A DNA stretch of 64,000 bases from the NCBI GenBank assembly GCA_964355135.1, contig CAYHCG010000001.1:146138-210137 (forward strand), read 5' to 3'. The DNA is from Candidatus Woesearchaeota archaeon. Its GTDB lineage: Archaea; Nanobdellota; Nanobdellia; Pacearchaeales; GW2011-AR1. Shown one piece after another: positions 18,589 to 27,004 of the stretch; the stretch's first letter is position 1; every line of letters begins with the position of its first letter. A model generated the notes under the pieces. The model did no database searches and was not told the origin of the DNA. It saw only the letters and a list, made by a program, of their open reading frames with translations. The position numbers and the translations under genes are program-made.

Positions 18589-19323
18589 ATGACACAAGAA
18601 GAAGATAATGCGATTTATGCTGAAGCAGTAAGAGATGGGCAGAAAGCCGGCTTTATTGGGAGTGTTGCCCATGACTGGGCCAGGATGCTAAATGATCTTC
18701 TTCCATGCGATGCAGAAGTAAGAAGAAAAGAAGAAATAAGAGATTCAGGATTTAAATATGGTCTAGATAATCCTGCAAGTTCAACTTATGAAGAAGAAAC
18801 TAGGGAAGAAGAGAGCTCGACTGATTACGGAGAATATGAACCTTATACTGCTCCCGTACAACAAGCACCCCCCATAGTTGCACCAAAAGAAAAGAAACAA
18901 AATACTCCTAAACTTAATAATTACACTAGAAACGCAGTTTTGTATAGTAATGATATATACTCCACTATTATTTTTAGCAGAAGCAGTGATGAAGCATGGA
19001 GGGAAGCGGGAAGCGCAAGACTTGAAGTACTTTTGAAAAGACATCCTGAAATAAGACATTTAGTAAAAAAAGATTGGACTGAAATCTATAACCTGTCAGA
19101 GAATGACAAAGAAGGCAAGGGCGCGCTTGGACTAGCAAAAGAACTTGATAATAAAGAAAAAGAAGAAAACCGGATGAAGTCAGAAATAGATAAAATGAGC
19201 AGAGAAGAAGTTAGAGATATTGCACATACAAGAGGACATCCCATGGAATTATATGCCTGGGAAAGATATGGTAAAATGCCCCAATTTACCGGAATTCTTG
19301 GACGGCTTTTTGGGAGGAATTAA
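18589..19323 (+). CDS. head-domain family protein C (type-2 head, soluble tail with a C-terminal amphipathic segment)
   Basis: MTQEEDNAIYAEAVRDGQK head. The tail is homologous to protein A and ends FTGILGRLFGRN. Confidence 0.75.
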   Translation: MTQEEDNAIYAEAVRDGQKAGFIGSVAHDWARMLNDLLPCDAEVRRKEEIRDSGFKYGLDNPASSTYEEETREEESSTDYGEYEPYTAPVQQAPPIVAPKEKKQNTPKLNNYTRNAVLYSNDIYSTIIFSRSSDEAWREAGSARLEVLLKRHPEIRHLVKKDWTEIYNLSENDKEGKGALGLAKELDNKEKEENRMKSEIDKMSREEVRDIAHTRGHPMELYAWERYGKMPQFTGILGRLFGRN

Positions 19324-19324
19324 T

Positions 19325-20059
19325 ATGGGATGGTTTGATACTCCAGAAGAACAAAATAGGAAAGATAATGAAAATTATGCGGAAGGAGTAAAAGAAGGCC
19401 AAAATGCTGGATGGTTTGCGGGATTAGGCAGAGAAATAGGAGAGATCGTTACTATCGGTGTTCCTAAATCAGCAGAATATGAAAGAAAACAAGGGATACG
19501 TGATGCGGGAATTAAATATGGGATGGATCACCCTGCGAGGAGTTCTGATGATGACGATGAGGAAGATAATTCCAGTTACTCCGGAGAATCAAGTTATGAT
19601 TCAGATTATTCTTCAAGTTCATCTTACGATTCAACTCCTACTAAAAGAGAGACCCCTAAGTCAGAAGGATCTCCTCTAGGAGCTTTAGTGGCTGGAGTAT
19701 TATTAACTGTCGGACTTATAGGTGCTGCTTATAGTGTAAGGCCTGAACAAAACGTAAAAGACTCTTCCAGCTCGGCTCTGGAGCAGAGTGTTGAACCTCA
19801 ATCGCATGTAGTTGCTCCAATATACCGCGCACCTGCAAGAGCGCCAACACCACCAGTTGCCTGGGATAAAATAACAATATATGAATATTCAGATGGCACA
19901 GTCATGCAAGTTCGTGAAAATTCAACGGGAATTTATATGACGAGTAGAACAAATAATCCGGCTAAATTAGCAAATGAACTGAGATCACTTGAAGAAGATG
20001 CAGCCGCCCGTGAACAGACCATAAATGCTCAAAGGCAGATTAATAGAAAATCTCCTTAG
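19325..20059 (+). CDS. head-domain family protein D (type-1 head, single TM)
   Basis: The internal ATG at 19325 (codon 36 of track ORF 19220-20059) restores MGWFDTPEEQNRKDNENYAEGV. It lies 1 nt after the upstream stop. The TM segment is LGALVAGVLLTVGLIGAAYSV. Confidence 0.7.
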   Translation: MGWFDTPEEQNRKDNENYAEGVKEGQNAGWFAGLGREIGEIVTIGVPKSAEYERKQGIRDAGIKYGMDHPARSSDDDDEEDNSSYSGESSYDSDYSSSSSYDSTPTKRETPKSEGSPLGALVAGVLLTVGLIGAAYSVRPEQNVKDSSSSALEQSVEPQSHVVAPIYRAPARAPTPPVAWDKITIYEYSDGTVMQVRENSTGIYMTSRTNNPAKLANELRSLEEDAAAREQTINAQRQINRKSP

Positions 20060-20100
20060 ACAAGATAAATGTTTAAGTATCTTAAAAGATTAATACTCTA

Positions 20101-20304
20101 ATGGAATACAAAGAAATCGAGCGAGCAAGGAAATACCTGAGCGGACTTGGACTGCGGGCCGTTTATGTTCCAAGGCAGGATGGCTGGAGAGAGCATTTTG
20201 CCCTTCTAGATGATGAAGATTTTCCTGTTTATGCAGTTAATTCTGCTCTTCATTTAGTTAAAGAAATAAAAGATCGCAGGGATAAGGTTAGAGCGTTAAC
20301 CTAA
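20101..20304 (+). CDS. hypothetical small protein
   Basis: 67-aa ORF, convergent with 20301-20561 and overlapping it by 4 nt. Confidence 0.4.
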   Translation: MEYKEIERARKYLSGLGLRAVYVPRQDGWREHFALLDDEDFPVYAVNSALHLVKEIKDRRDKVRALT

Positions 20305-20561
20305 ATAACATCATAAATTCTATTTCCAGAATCAAATTTGTACTCTGTGGCTAAAACTTCCATAAGTTGGTAATGTTTATTTATTTGACCCTGCTTAAGC
20401 GAATCTGTTTCAGAACTTAAAAGTACATCTAATTGAGCTATCTCAAGAAGAACTGCCCTTTCATCTCCTTTATTTCTCATTAGTCTAACAAGGCCCTCGG
20501 TTTTCCAGGCCATGTCTACTACCTGTTCCCTAGTAACTTGAGATTTTATTACATTCGTCAT
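20301..20561 (-). CDS. hypothetical small protein
   Basis: 86-aa ORF. No motif recognised. Confidence 0.4.
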   Translation of the reverse strand: MTNVIKSQVTREQVVDMAWKTEGLVRLMRNKGDERAVLLEIAQLDVLLSSETDSLKQGQINKHYQLMEVLATEYKFDSGNRIYDVI

Positions 20562-20635
20562 ATATTTCTCACAAATTTGCCCTATAAAAATATTTCCATG
20601 GCGTTTTTTTAGCTGTAGAAATCTTTGATATTTTT

Positions 20636-21103
20636 TTATAAATTAAGAGATCTTGGTATTCCTTCTTGCGGAACCTCATTTCTTTGAGGATAAATTATTC
20701 CAAGAGTTTCCTTGTCGGAAGACACGCCCATAATTTCTAGTAATCCCATTAATCTGCTTACCTGAGGTATTGCTCTCCCATGCACATAATCGTGAATAGT
20801 CTGTTTGGCAACACCTGCCAGCTTACCTAAGGAATAGGAATTATAACCTGAGTTTCTCATTGAATCGTTAAATAAAGTTCTTAATGCGGCATGTCTTGGG
20901 TCTTGGGCCCTTCTTGATGCACGTTCCTTTTGGTAAGCAGTAGTGCTATGAAATCCTCTCTCCCTTAAATTTGTTAAGTTATACACAGAACTATGGCTAA
21001 TCCCTAACGTATCTGCAATTTCTCTAGTTTTTTTTCCTTCAGTATGCATAATCCAGGCTTGTTCTCTCATCTCTGGAGTTATAGGTGTAGATCTTTTAGC
21101 CAT
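20636..21103 (-). CDS. dual-HTH DNA-binding protein (paralog of 15557-16000)
   Basis: Colinear with 15557-16000 (PEMREQAWIMHTEGKKTREIADTLGISHSSVY ... LGKLAGVAKQTIHDYVHG). A similar TATTTAAAT promoter lies upstream of both. Confidence 0.7.
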   Translation of the reverse strand: MAKRSTPITPEMREQAWIMHTEGKKTREIADTLGISHSSVYNLTNLRERGFHSTTAYQKERASRRAQDPRHAALRTLFNDSMRNSGYNSYSLGKLAGVAKQTIHDYVHGRAIPQVSRLMGLLEIMGVSSDKETLGIIYPQRNEVPQEGIPRSLNL

Positions 21104-21171
21104 GTGTTTTCTGAGAGACTACCCTATTTAAATTGTTTTGTGATGGGGCTGCTTAATTATTTTTAGAAACT

Positions 21172-21420
21172 TTATTTGTATACTCTGCCTCTTTTGTCAA
21201 TAATCCTAACCCATATAATTTTTCTTTCGAAATCTATATCCATTAATATTCTGTAATCTCCTATTCTCAAATTATAAAAATCTCCTTCATAATGCTGTAA
21301 AAATCTTATTGGATTTTCCTTGATACTTTCAAGTTTGTTAATAATTCTTAAAGAAATATCCTTGGGCAATTTGTCTAAAAAGTCTTGAGCGTTTGAACCA
21401 ATATTTACAGAAAAACTCAT
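21172..21420 (-). CDS. relE: RelE/ParE-family toxin
   Basis: FYNLRIGDYRILMDIDFERKIIWVRIIDKRGRVYK is the hallmark RelE C-terminal pattern. Confidence 0.85.
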   Translation of the reverse strand: MSFSVNIGSNAQDFLDKLPKDISLRIINKLESIKENPIRFLQHYEGDFYNLRIGDYRILMDIDFERKIIWVRIIDKRGRVYK

Positions 21421-21629
21421 TTTTTTAATATTCTCTTTTTAACATTTTCAAGAGAAACATATTGTGATTCAGGTGTTTTTCTTGCTTTATCTAGTTCTTC
21501 TTTAGCCCAATCTGTCAATTCTCCTTCACTATCTTCTTCCATTTTGGACATTAACATTTTCTTTATGATCTCCATATCTCTTCTTATTTTTAATATGTCT
21601 TCCCTCATTGATTTCATTTCTGTTTCCAT
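21417..21629 (-). CDS. cognate antitoxin (small, charged, helical)
   Basis: 70 aa with a 4-nt overlap with the relE-like gene. Contains the ELTDWAKEELDKARKTP pattern. Confidence 0.6.
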   Translation of the reverse strand: METEMKSMREDILKIRRDMEIIKKMLMSKMEEDSEGELTDWAKEELDKARKTPESQYVSLENVKKRILKK

Positions 21630-21683
21630 ATTTTATAGACACTTTCAGACTTTAAATAATTATTCTTTTAGATAGATAAAGAC

Positions 21684-22577
21684 TTATTCAATAGATCCGA
21701 CATTAACTTCTGGGATAGTATAATTAACAATTAATGTTGGTTTGCCAGTTGGATTTTCTGCGGAGTTGAATGACATCATCAAGCGCATAGAATACCAATC
21801 TGTATAATAGCCCTGACTCATATTATATTCATATAATTCGTGACCTGCTCTAATGCCTAAAACAGTATATCCATTACGGTTTATCTTACTCTTTCCCATT
21901 GAATTCAGTTCGATTGATATATTTTGTACTGCTACTGGTAATGTATTTTCAGAGACATCGAATCTATCGCTTAATTCTATTGGATTGTCTACTGGACCGA
22001 AATTATCAAAATCATTTACAGAAAGGTTGGGCGAATTCTCTAAATAGGTTGGAACAATAACAATAAAATCATTTGAATTTGAGGGGTATACGAAATTTGT
22101 TATTGTGTTTCTTGTTGTTAGTGTTAAAGTTGCACTATTTATCCTGTATGCTGTATCTGGTAATGAACTAGTATCAAATGGCAGAGATATTCTAAATATA
22201 TCATAATAAGTATATTGGGCATATAAAAAAAGAGGCGGGTAGCCAGGCACGAATTCATTGATATTGATTAATAATAAATCATTTGTGTAATCGCGGGAAT
22301 GGACAAGAGCGTTATGCCAACTTCCTAGTCTAAATTCATCCCATGTTACAGGGGGGTTTAACCAAGTATATTCCTGTTCGCCAGTGATGTTATGCGCAAA
22401 GACATAACCGTCCCTGGTATCTGCAGTAAATACTGCTGTACAAGAATACTCCTGCGTTGTTGTATTAAAACCATTGTAGATATTACCTTCTCCGCAGATC
22501 GAATTATCTGCTGAAACCGATAAAGTGAATAAAAGAGTTGTGAATAAAAATGCTAAAATAATTTGGGCTTTTTTCAT
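21684..22577 (-). CDS. secreted protein of unknown function
   Basis: The signal peptide is MKKAQIILAFLFTTLLFTLSVSA. Confidence 0.65.
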   Translation of the reverse strand: MKKAQIILAFLFTTLLFTLSVSADNSICGEGNIYNGFNTTTQEYSCTAVFTADTRDGYVFAHNITGEQEYTWLNPPVTWDEFRLGSWHNALVHSRDYTNDLLLININEFVPGYPPLFLYAQYTYYDIFRISLPFDTSSLPDTAYRINSATLTLTTRNTITNFVYPSNSNDFIVIVPTYLENSPNLSVNDFDNFGPVDNPIELSDRFDVSENTLPVAVQNISIELNSMGKSKINRNGYTVLGIRAGHELYEYNMSQGYYTDWYSMRLMMSFNSAENPTGKPTLIVNYTIPEVNVGSIE

Positions 22578-22641
22578 GATAATTTATCCATAAATGCGTT
22601 TTTAAGTTTTCTGCCGTGATTGTTTCTCGCCCAAGGAGTAA

Positions 22642-22776
22642 TTATTCCTTCTTCTCTTTCCGCCAGATTAAATACTAACTAAATATTGGTCCCAGAATAA
22701 ACAAGACAACTAGACTTACTGCTCTCCCTAACAATGCCGCTGAAAGCGACTGGGTAGGGGCCATTATTAATGTCAT
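22642..22776 (-). pseudogene. decayed duplicate of the 3' end of the flippase-like gene 23888-24808
   Basis: The minus-strand reading gives ...QSLSAALLGRAVSLVVLFILGPIFS*YLIWRKEKKE*. The intact C-terminus reads VSLSATLLNRVVSLVVLFILGPIFSYYLIWRKKE*. A Tyr codon has been replaced by TAG. Confidence 0.65.
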
Positions 22777-22824
22777 GAATAGGAATATTTATATATAGTA
22801 AATATACTATAGTATTATAGTAAA

Positions 22825-23430
22825 ATGCATATAAAGAAAATTAATATTGTAGTAATGAATGCTTTTAGAAGCAATATTTTTCTTAGTAAGACAATTAGAG
22901 AAATTTCTTCAATAGTTGATAAAGATTATCCAAATGTGTTTGATGCTATGAGAGAACTTGCGGATAAAGAGATAATTAAAATTAAAAAAGTCGGAAAAGC
23001 AAATCTATGTGAATTGTTTTTAAATAAAGAATCTATTTCTCTGTTGTCATATCTTGACGAACAAGAGGCGTTCTTAAGAAAAATACCCAATTTGGACAAA
23101 ATATTAGAATACAAAGAGTTTTTAGATGATATAATTTTAGTAACAGGAAGTTATGCAAAAAAAAGAGAGAATTCTAAGTCAGATATAGATTTAGTTTTAA
23201 TCACTAGGGGTAAAGCTTTAAATAAACTAAAACTTCTAGAGAATTTAACTTCTCTATTTTACCCAAAATATCATATTATTGTTATTACCTACAAAGATTT
23301 TATAGATATGCTATTAGATAAAAAACCGACTTTTGGAAAAGAAATATTTAATAACAGGCTACTATTTAGGGGTGCAGAAAGGTATTATGAGTTAATAAAG
23401 GAAGCAATTGAAAATGGATTCAGAGGTTAG
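22825..23430 (+). CDS. wHTH-fused minimal nucleotidyltransferase
   Basis: ILVTGSYAKKRENSKSDIDLVLI (G-S...D-x-D), with an N-terminal wHTH-like region. Confidence 0.8.
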   Translation: MHIKKINIVVMNAFRSNIFLSKTIREISSIVDKDYPNVFDAMRELADKEIIKIKKVGKANLCELFLNKESISLLSYLDEQEAFLRKIPNLDKILEYKEFLDDIILVTGSYAKKRENSKSDIDLVLITRGKALNKLKLLENLTSLFYPKYHIIVITYKDFIDMLLDKKPTFGKEIFNNRLLFRGAERYYELIKEAIENGFRG

Positions 23431-23887
23431 TCTGCTTTTGGCAAGAGCGGAAGATGAATTTCTTCTGGCAAAGAAAGATATGCAAATTTCTACAGACAAG
23501 AGAATAAAAGAAATTTTGGGAATTCTGCAAGATAAGACTTTTTTCTATTCAGTAATTGCCCACTCATACTACTCTATCTTTCATACTGCTAAAGCATACT
23601 TATTAAGCAAAAATATTAAGACAGTTCCTCCAGAAGAACATAAAAAAACATACAATTTATTCTCAAAATTTGTTCATAATGGTGAACTTGATAAAGAATT
23701 ACTAATAATTTACGAAAGCGAGATAATGAAGGCAGATTCGTTGCTTGCAATATTTAAAGATGAAAAAAAGAAGAGGGGAATGTTTACCTACAATGTTAAA
23801 TCAGAGGCGAACAGACCCTATGCGCAAGAATCGGTTAATAATGCAGAAAAATTCGTTTCTACAATGAAGAATATCCTAAAAGAATAG
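23408..23887 (+). CDS. HEPN domain protein
   Basis: AHSYYSIFHTAKAYLLSKNI is a typical HEPN N-terminal helix pattern. The gene overlaps the NTase gene, and its stop abuts the stop of 23888-24808. Confidence 0.7.
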   Translation: MKMDSEVSLLLARAEDEFLLAKKDMQISTDKRIKEILGILQDKTFFYSVIAHSYYSIFHTAKAYLLSKNIKTVPPEEHKKTYNLFSKFVHNGELDKELLIIYESEIMKADSLLAIFKDEKKKRGMFTYNVKSEANRPYAQESVNNAEKFVSTMKNILKE

Positions 23888-24808
23888 TTATTCCTTCTTT
23901 CTCCAAATCAAATAGTAGCTAAATATCGGGCCTAGAATGAATAAGACTACTAATGACACTACTCTATTAAGTAGAGTTGCAGACAAACTTACTGCAGGAT
24001 TTATATCAATTAAAAGCGCGGAAAATACTGCTAAAGCTTCTGAAACTCCAAGATTAGAAGGCGTAATAGATATTATTAATCCAAGAGTAGAAATCGAGGT
24101 TAAGAATAAACCTTCTATAAAACTAATTTGGGCACCCATAGCCCCATAAGAAAGCATTGTTGCAATCGTCCCAATAATGATCTGTGATATGAATAAAACA
24201 GATATGTAAGAAACGGTTCTTTTGTTTTTGCGTATATTATTCCAACCTTCTAAGGTTTCTCTAACCTTATCTAAAAAGTAACTATCTCTTTTTTGAAGTG
24301 ATGGTGAAAATAATATCACAAAAAAAGAGCAAACAAAGGCCCCAATGAATATTATAAATAAGGTCCAGCTAAATATACCATAGTAATAATATAAACCTGC
24401 GAGGCTTATTAATCCCATTATGCTAGCAGCCATAAAGTTTATTATATAAATTCCCGAGACTGTTGAAACAAACTTGGAATATTCAAAATCATGTTTTTTC
24501 TTAAGATATATTGCCCTGCTAAATATTCCTCCTCCAAATGGGGCGATTAGATTATAAAAGGTAGTTATGATAGACAGGCCATACCATTCTTTTGTTTTCA
24601 GATTTATGTTAAAAGGTATTAAGACAAATTTAGTTATAAGCCCCCCGCAGCCTGCAAATATTATGGCTATAATGCCCAGAGAAATAAGATAACCTGGGCG
24701 TACAATGGACAAATTATTAAAATCTTCTTTATTATTATGTATATAAAAGATAAATAAGAACAGCACTATAATTAGAATAGCATAAGAAAAAATCTTTTTA
24801 CCTTTCAT
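23888..24808 (-). CDS. flippase-like polytopic membrane protein (UPF0104 / LPG-synthase TM-region-like, tentative)
   Basis: 306 aa with about 8 hydrophobic segments. It is the last gene of the GT operon. Confidence 0.5.
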   Translation of the reverse strand: MKGKKIFSYAILIIVLFLFIFYIHNNKEDFNNLSIVRPGYLISLGIIAIIFAGCGGLITKFVLIPFNINLKTKEWYGLSIITTFYNLIAPFGGGIFSRAIYLKKKHDFEYSKFVSTVSGIYIINFMAASIMGLISLAGLYYYYGIFSWTLFIIFIGAFVCSFFVILFSPSLQKRDSYFLDKVRETLEGWNNIRKNKRTVSYISVLFISQIIIGTIATMLSYGAMGAQISFIEGLFLTSISTLGLIISITPSNLGVSEALAVFSALLIDINPAVSLSATLLNRVVSLVVLFILGPIFSYYLIWRKKE

Positions 24809-25928
24809 TCTCTAATTTAAACCTCTTTAACTCTTTTATATATTCCCCTTCGTACTTTTTAACGATTCTCTTCCAGTTAAAATTTGTCTTTATAAAGGTT
24901 CTCCCAGCTAATCCCAAATTCTTTAATTTTTGAGGTTTTTTAGTAAGATGTTCAAGAGCCGCCTGAAATTCTTGGATGTTTCCAGGCTCATATAATACTC
25001 CGCTTTTACCATTCTTAATTTGCTCAGGTATTCCGCCTATATTAGAAGCGATTACACACAGTCCATAAGACATGGCTTCAAGTACAGAATAAGAAAAGTT
25101 CTCGAACCAAATGGATGGCACTACCATAATGCTTGAATTTTTATAAAACTGAGAAGGATCTTGATACCCTATGAACTTTACATTGCCATACTTGCTTTGT
25201 AATTCTTCCTTTAACTTTCCAGAACCGAGTATATAAACTTCATATTTATTATTGACTTTGTTTAGTGCCTCTATAACTGTTTGCAATCCTTTTTCCCTGG
25301 ATATCCTGCCTACAAATATTATCTTCTTACTATAGGAAGTCGTATTCTTTGGGATATCTATACCATTCGGAATAGCAACTATCTTTCTAAATTCATTAGA
25401 TTCCTTCAATTTATTAGCTAGAAAATTGCTTGGACTTATTATTGTTATCTTAGAGAGGTTTTTCCTTATAGAAGATTTATGAATTACAGATAGGGGGTAA
25501 TAACACTTACAATTCTTGCCATCGCAGACAATTTCTTTGTTAAACATTGTTGCTCGATAGCATATAAGCCAGTAATCATGGGCTGTGATAATAGTAGGGT
25601 ATTTCTGTGACATCTTTTTTATTGCCCAGGCAGATATGCCATAAAAATTGTTAACATGGACTATATCCGGATTAATCTTACTTAGAACTCTTTTTAAAGA
25701 AATATAAGAAAAAGGATTAAAATAATCAAATAATATCTTCCTAAAGATTTTATTTTTAGATAGAGAGACTCTTTCTATTTTGATATTCTTAATATTTGAA
25801 CTATCCGTGGAAGCTAAAATATATACTTCATGTCCCTTTTTAGCAAGATTTTCTGCTAACCCCACTACAAATTTTTCAGCCCCAGTATTGCTATTTCCCA
25901 ACTTAGAATTTAAAATTGCAATTTTCAT
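24798..25928 (-). CDS. glycosyltransferase family 4 (GT-B)
   Basis: FVGRISREKG...ENFSYSVLEAMSYGLCVIASNIGGIPEQI contains the E-x7-E region. Confidence 0.85.
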   Translation of the reverse strand: MKIAILNSKLGNSNTGAEKFVVGLAENLAKKGHEVYILASTDSSNIKNIKIERVSLSKNKIFRKILFDYFNPFSYISLKRVLSKINPDIVHVNNFYGISAWAIKKMSQKYPTIITAHDYWLICYRATMFNKEIVCDGKNCKCYYPLSVIHKSSIRKNLSKITIISPSNFLANKLKESNEFRKIVAIPNGIDIPKNTTSYSKKIIFVGRISREKGLQTVIEALNKVNNKYEVYILGSGKLKEELQSKYGNVKFIGYQDPSQFYKNSSIMVVPSIWFENFSYSVLEAMSYGLCVIASNIGGIPEQIKNGKSGVLYEPGNIQEFQAALEHLTKKPQKLKNLGLAGRTFIKTNFNWKRIVKKYEGEYIKELKRFKLENER

Positions 25929-27004
25929 TTTATTATTAAATCCACATACTTATCTATTAATGCTTCCCAATTTAAACCTTTTTCGGTTAATCTTGCCGAT
26001 CTCTTCCCCATAGTCTCTATTAGTTTGTGATTTTTTAAGAAAAATTCTATTTTTCGTGCTAAATCTTTAATATCTCCGCTCTTAAATATAAGCCCATTGT
26101 ATTTGTCTACAATAAAATCTTTTGAAGAACCCGCATCTGTAACTATTATTGGAAGGCCTGCAGCCATCGCTTCCGGGATAGTGGTGGAAGCTATTTCTCT
26201 TATGCTAGAACAAACATATATATCACTTTTGTGGAATGATTGATAAAGTTTATTATGTGGGATATAGGGCATAATCTTAACTCTATTCTGTAATTTTAAT
26301 TCTTTAATTAGCTGGCCTATTTCATTTTCTAAAGGCCCCTTGCCAATAATCGTTAAATTAACGTCTCTTAATCCATTAATTGCTTTGATAAGGACATCTA
26401 GCCCTTTGTGAGGAATAAATCTTGCAACACACACTAACTCTAGAGGAGCTTTTATATTGTATTTTTTCTTTTGGGGGAATTCTTTTATCTTGACTCCTAT
26501 AGGTAGATTAGCTATATCTTTCTTGCAGCCCCTCTCCTTAAGAAATTTTGTTGTAGCACTCCCATGGGAGATTATAACTCTGCTTTGCTCCCAGACATTT
26601 TTAGACAACCTCAGAAAATCAATTAAAGTTATCATAGTCTTATTAAACTTAGTTGCAGAGGTATACTTTTCTGATATCAACACTAAATTCTTATTATACT
26701 TTTTGCAATAATGAGCACTAATCCATGAGTAGGGCTGAAAATCTTCATTTATCTGAATTATATCTGGTTTTATTTTTTTAATATTTTTTAATAGCTCTTT
26801 AGGTAAAGGATAGTCTACAAAGCTCTTTTTATTATATACCTTATATCTAACAAGTTTAACCTCTTCATCTACCTTCATTCCTTTAATATCTATATTTGCA
26901 GGTACAAAGAGAAAAGCCTGAAACCCTCTCTTTGCTAGGCTAGAAGAGAAGTCTATATCTGTTTGATGTATCCCTGGTCTAATAAGCACGATTTTAGGTT
27001 TCAT
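25925..27004 (-). CDS. glycosyltransferase family 4 (GT-B)
   Basis: STTIPEAMAAGLPIIVTDAGSSKDFI. I moved the start to the internal ATG (MKPKIVLIRPG) to minimise overlap; the track start is 27052. Confidence 0.8.
   Translation of the reverse strand: MKPKIVLIRPGIHQTDIDFSSSLAKRGFQAFLFVPANIDIKGMKVDEEVKLVRYKVYNKKSFVDYPLPKELLKNIKKIKPDIIQINEDFQPYSWISAHYCKKYNKNLVLISEKYTSATKFNKTMITLIDFLRLSKNVWEQSRVIISHGSATTKFLKERGCKKDIANLPIGVKIKEFPQKKKYNIKAPLELVCVARFIPHKGLDVLIKAINGLRDVNLTIIGKGPLENEIGQLIKELKLQNRVKIMPYIPHNKLYQSFHKSDIYVCSSIREIASTTIPEAMAAGLPIIVTDAGSSKDFIVDKYNGLIFKSGDIKDLARKIEFFLKNHKLIETMGKRSARLTEKGLNWEALIDKYVDLIIK

Noticed and set aside
19220-19324. 5' extension of track ORF 19220-20059, overlapping 18589-19323 by 104 nt
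   Set aside because: The internal ATG at 19325 restores the conserved MGWFDTPEEQ family N-terminus and lies 1 nt after the upstream stop. The extension has no homology to the other family members.
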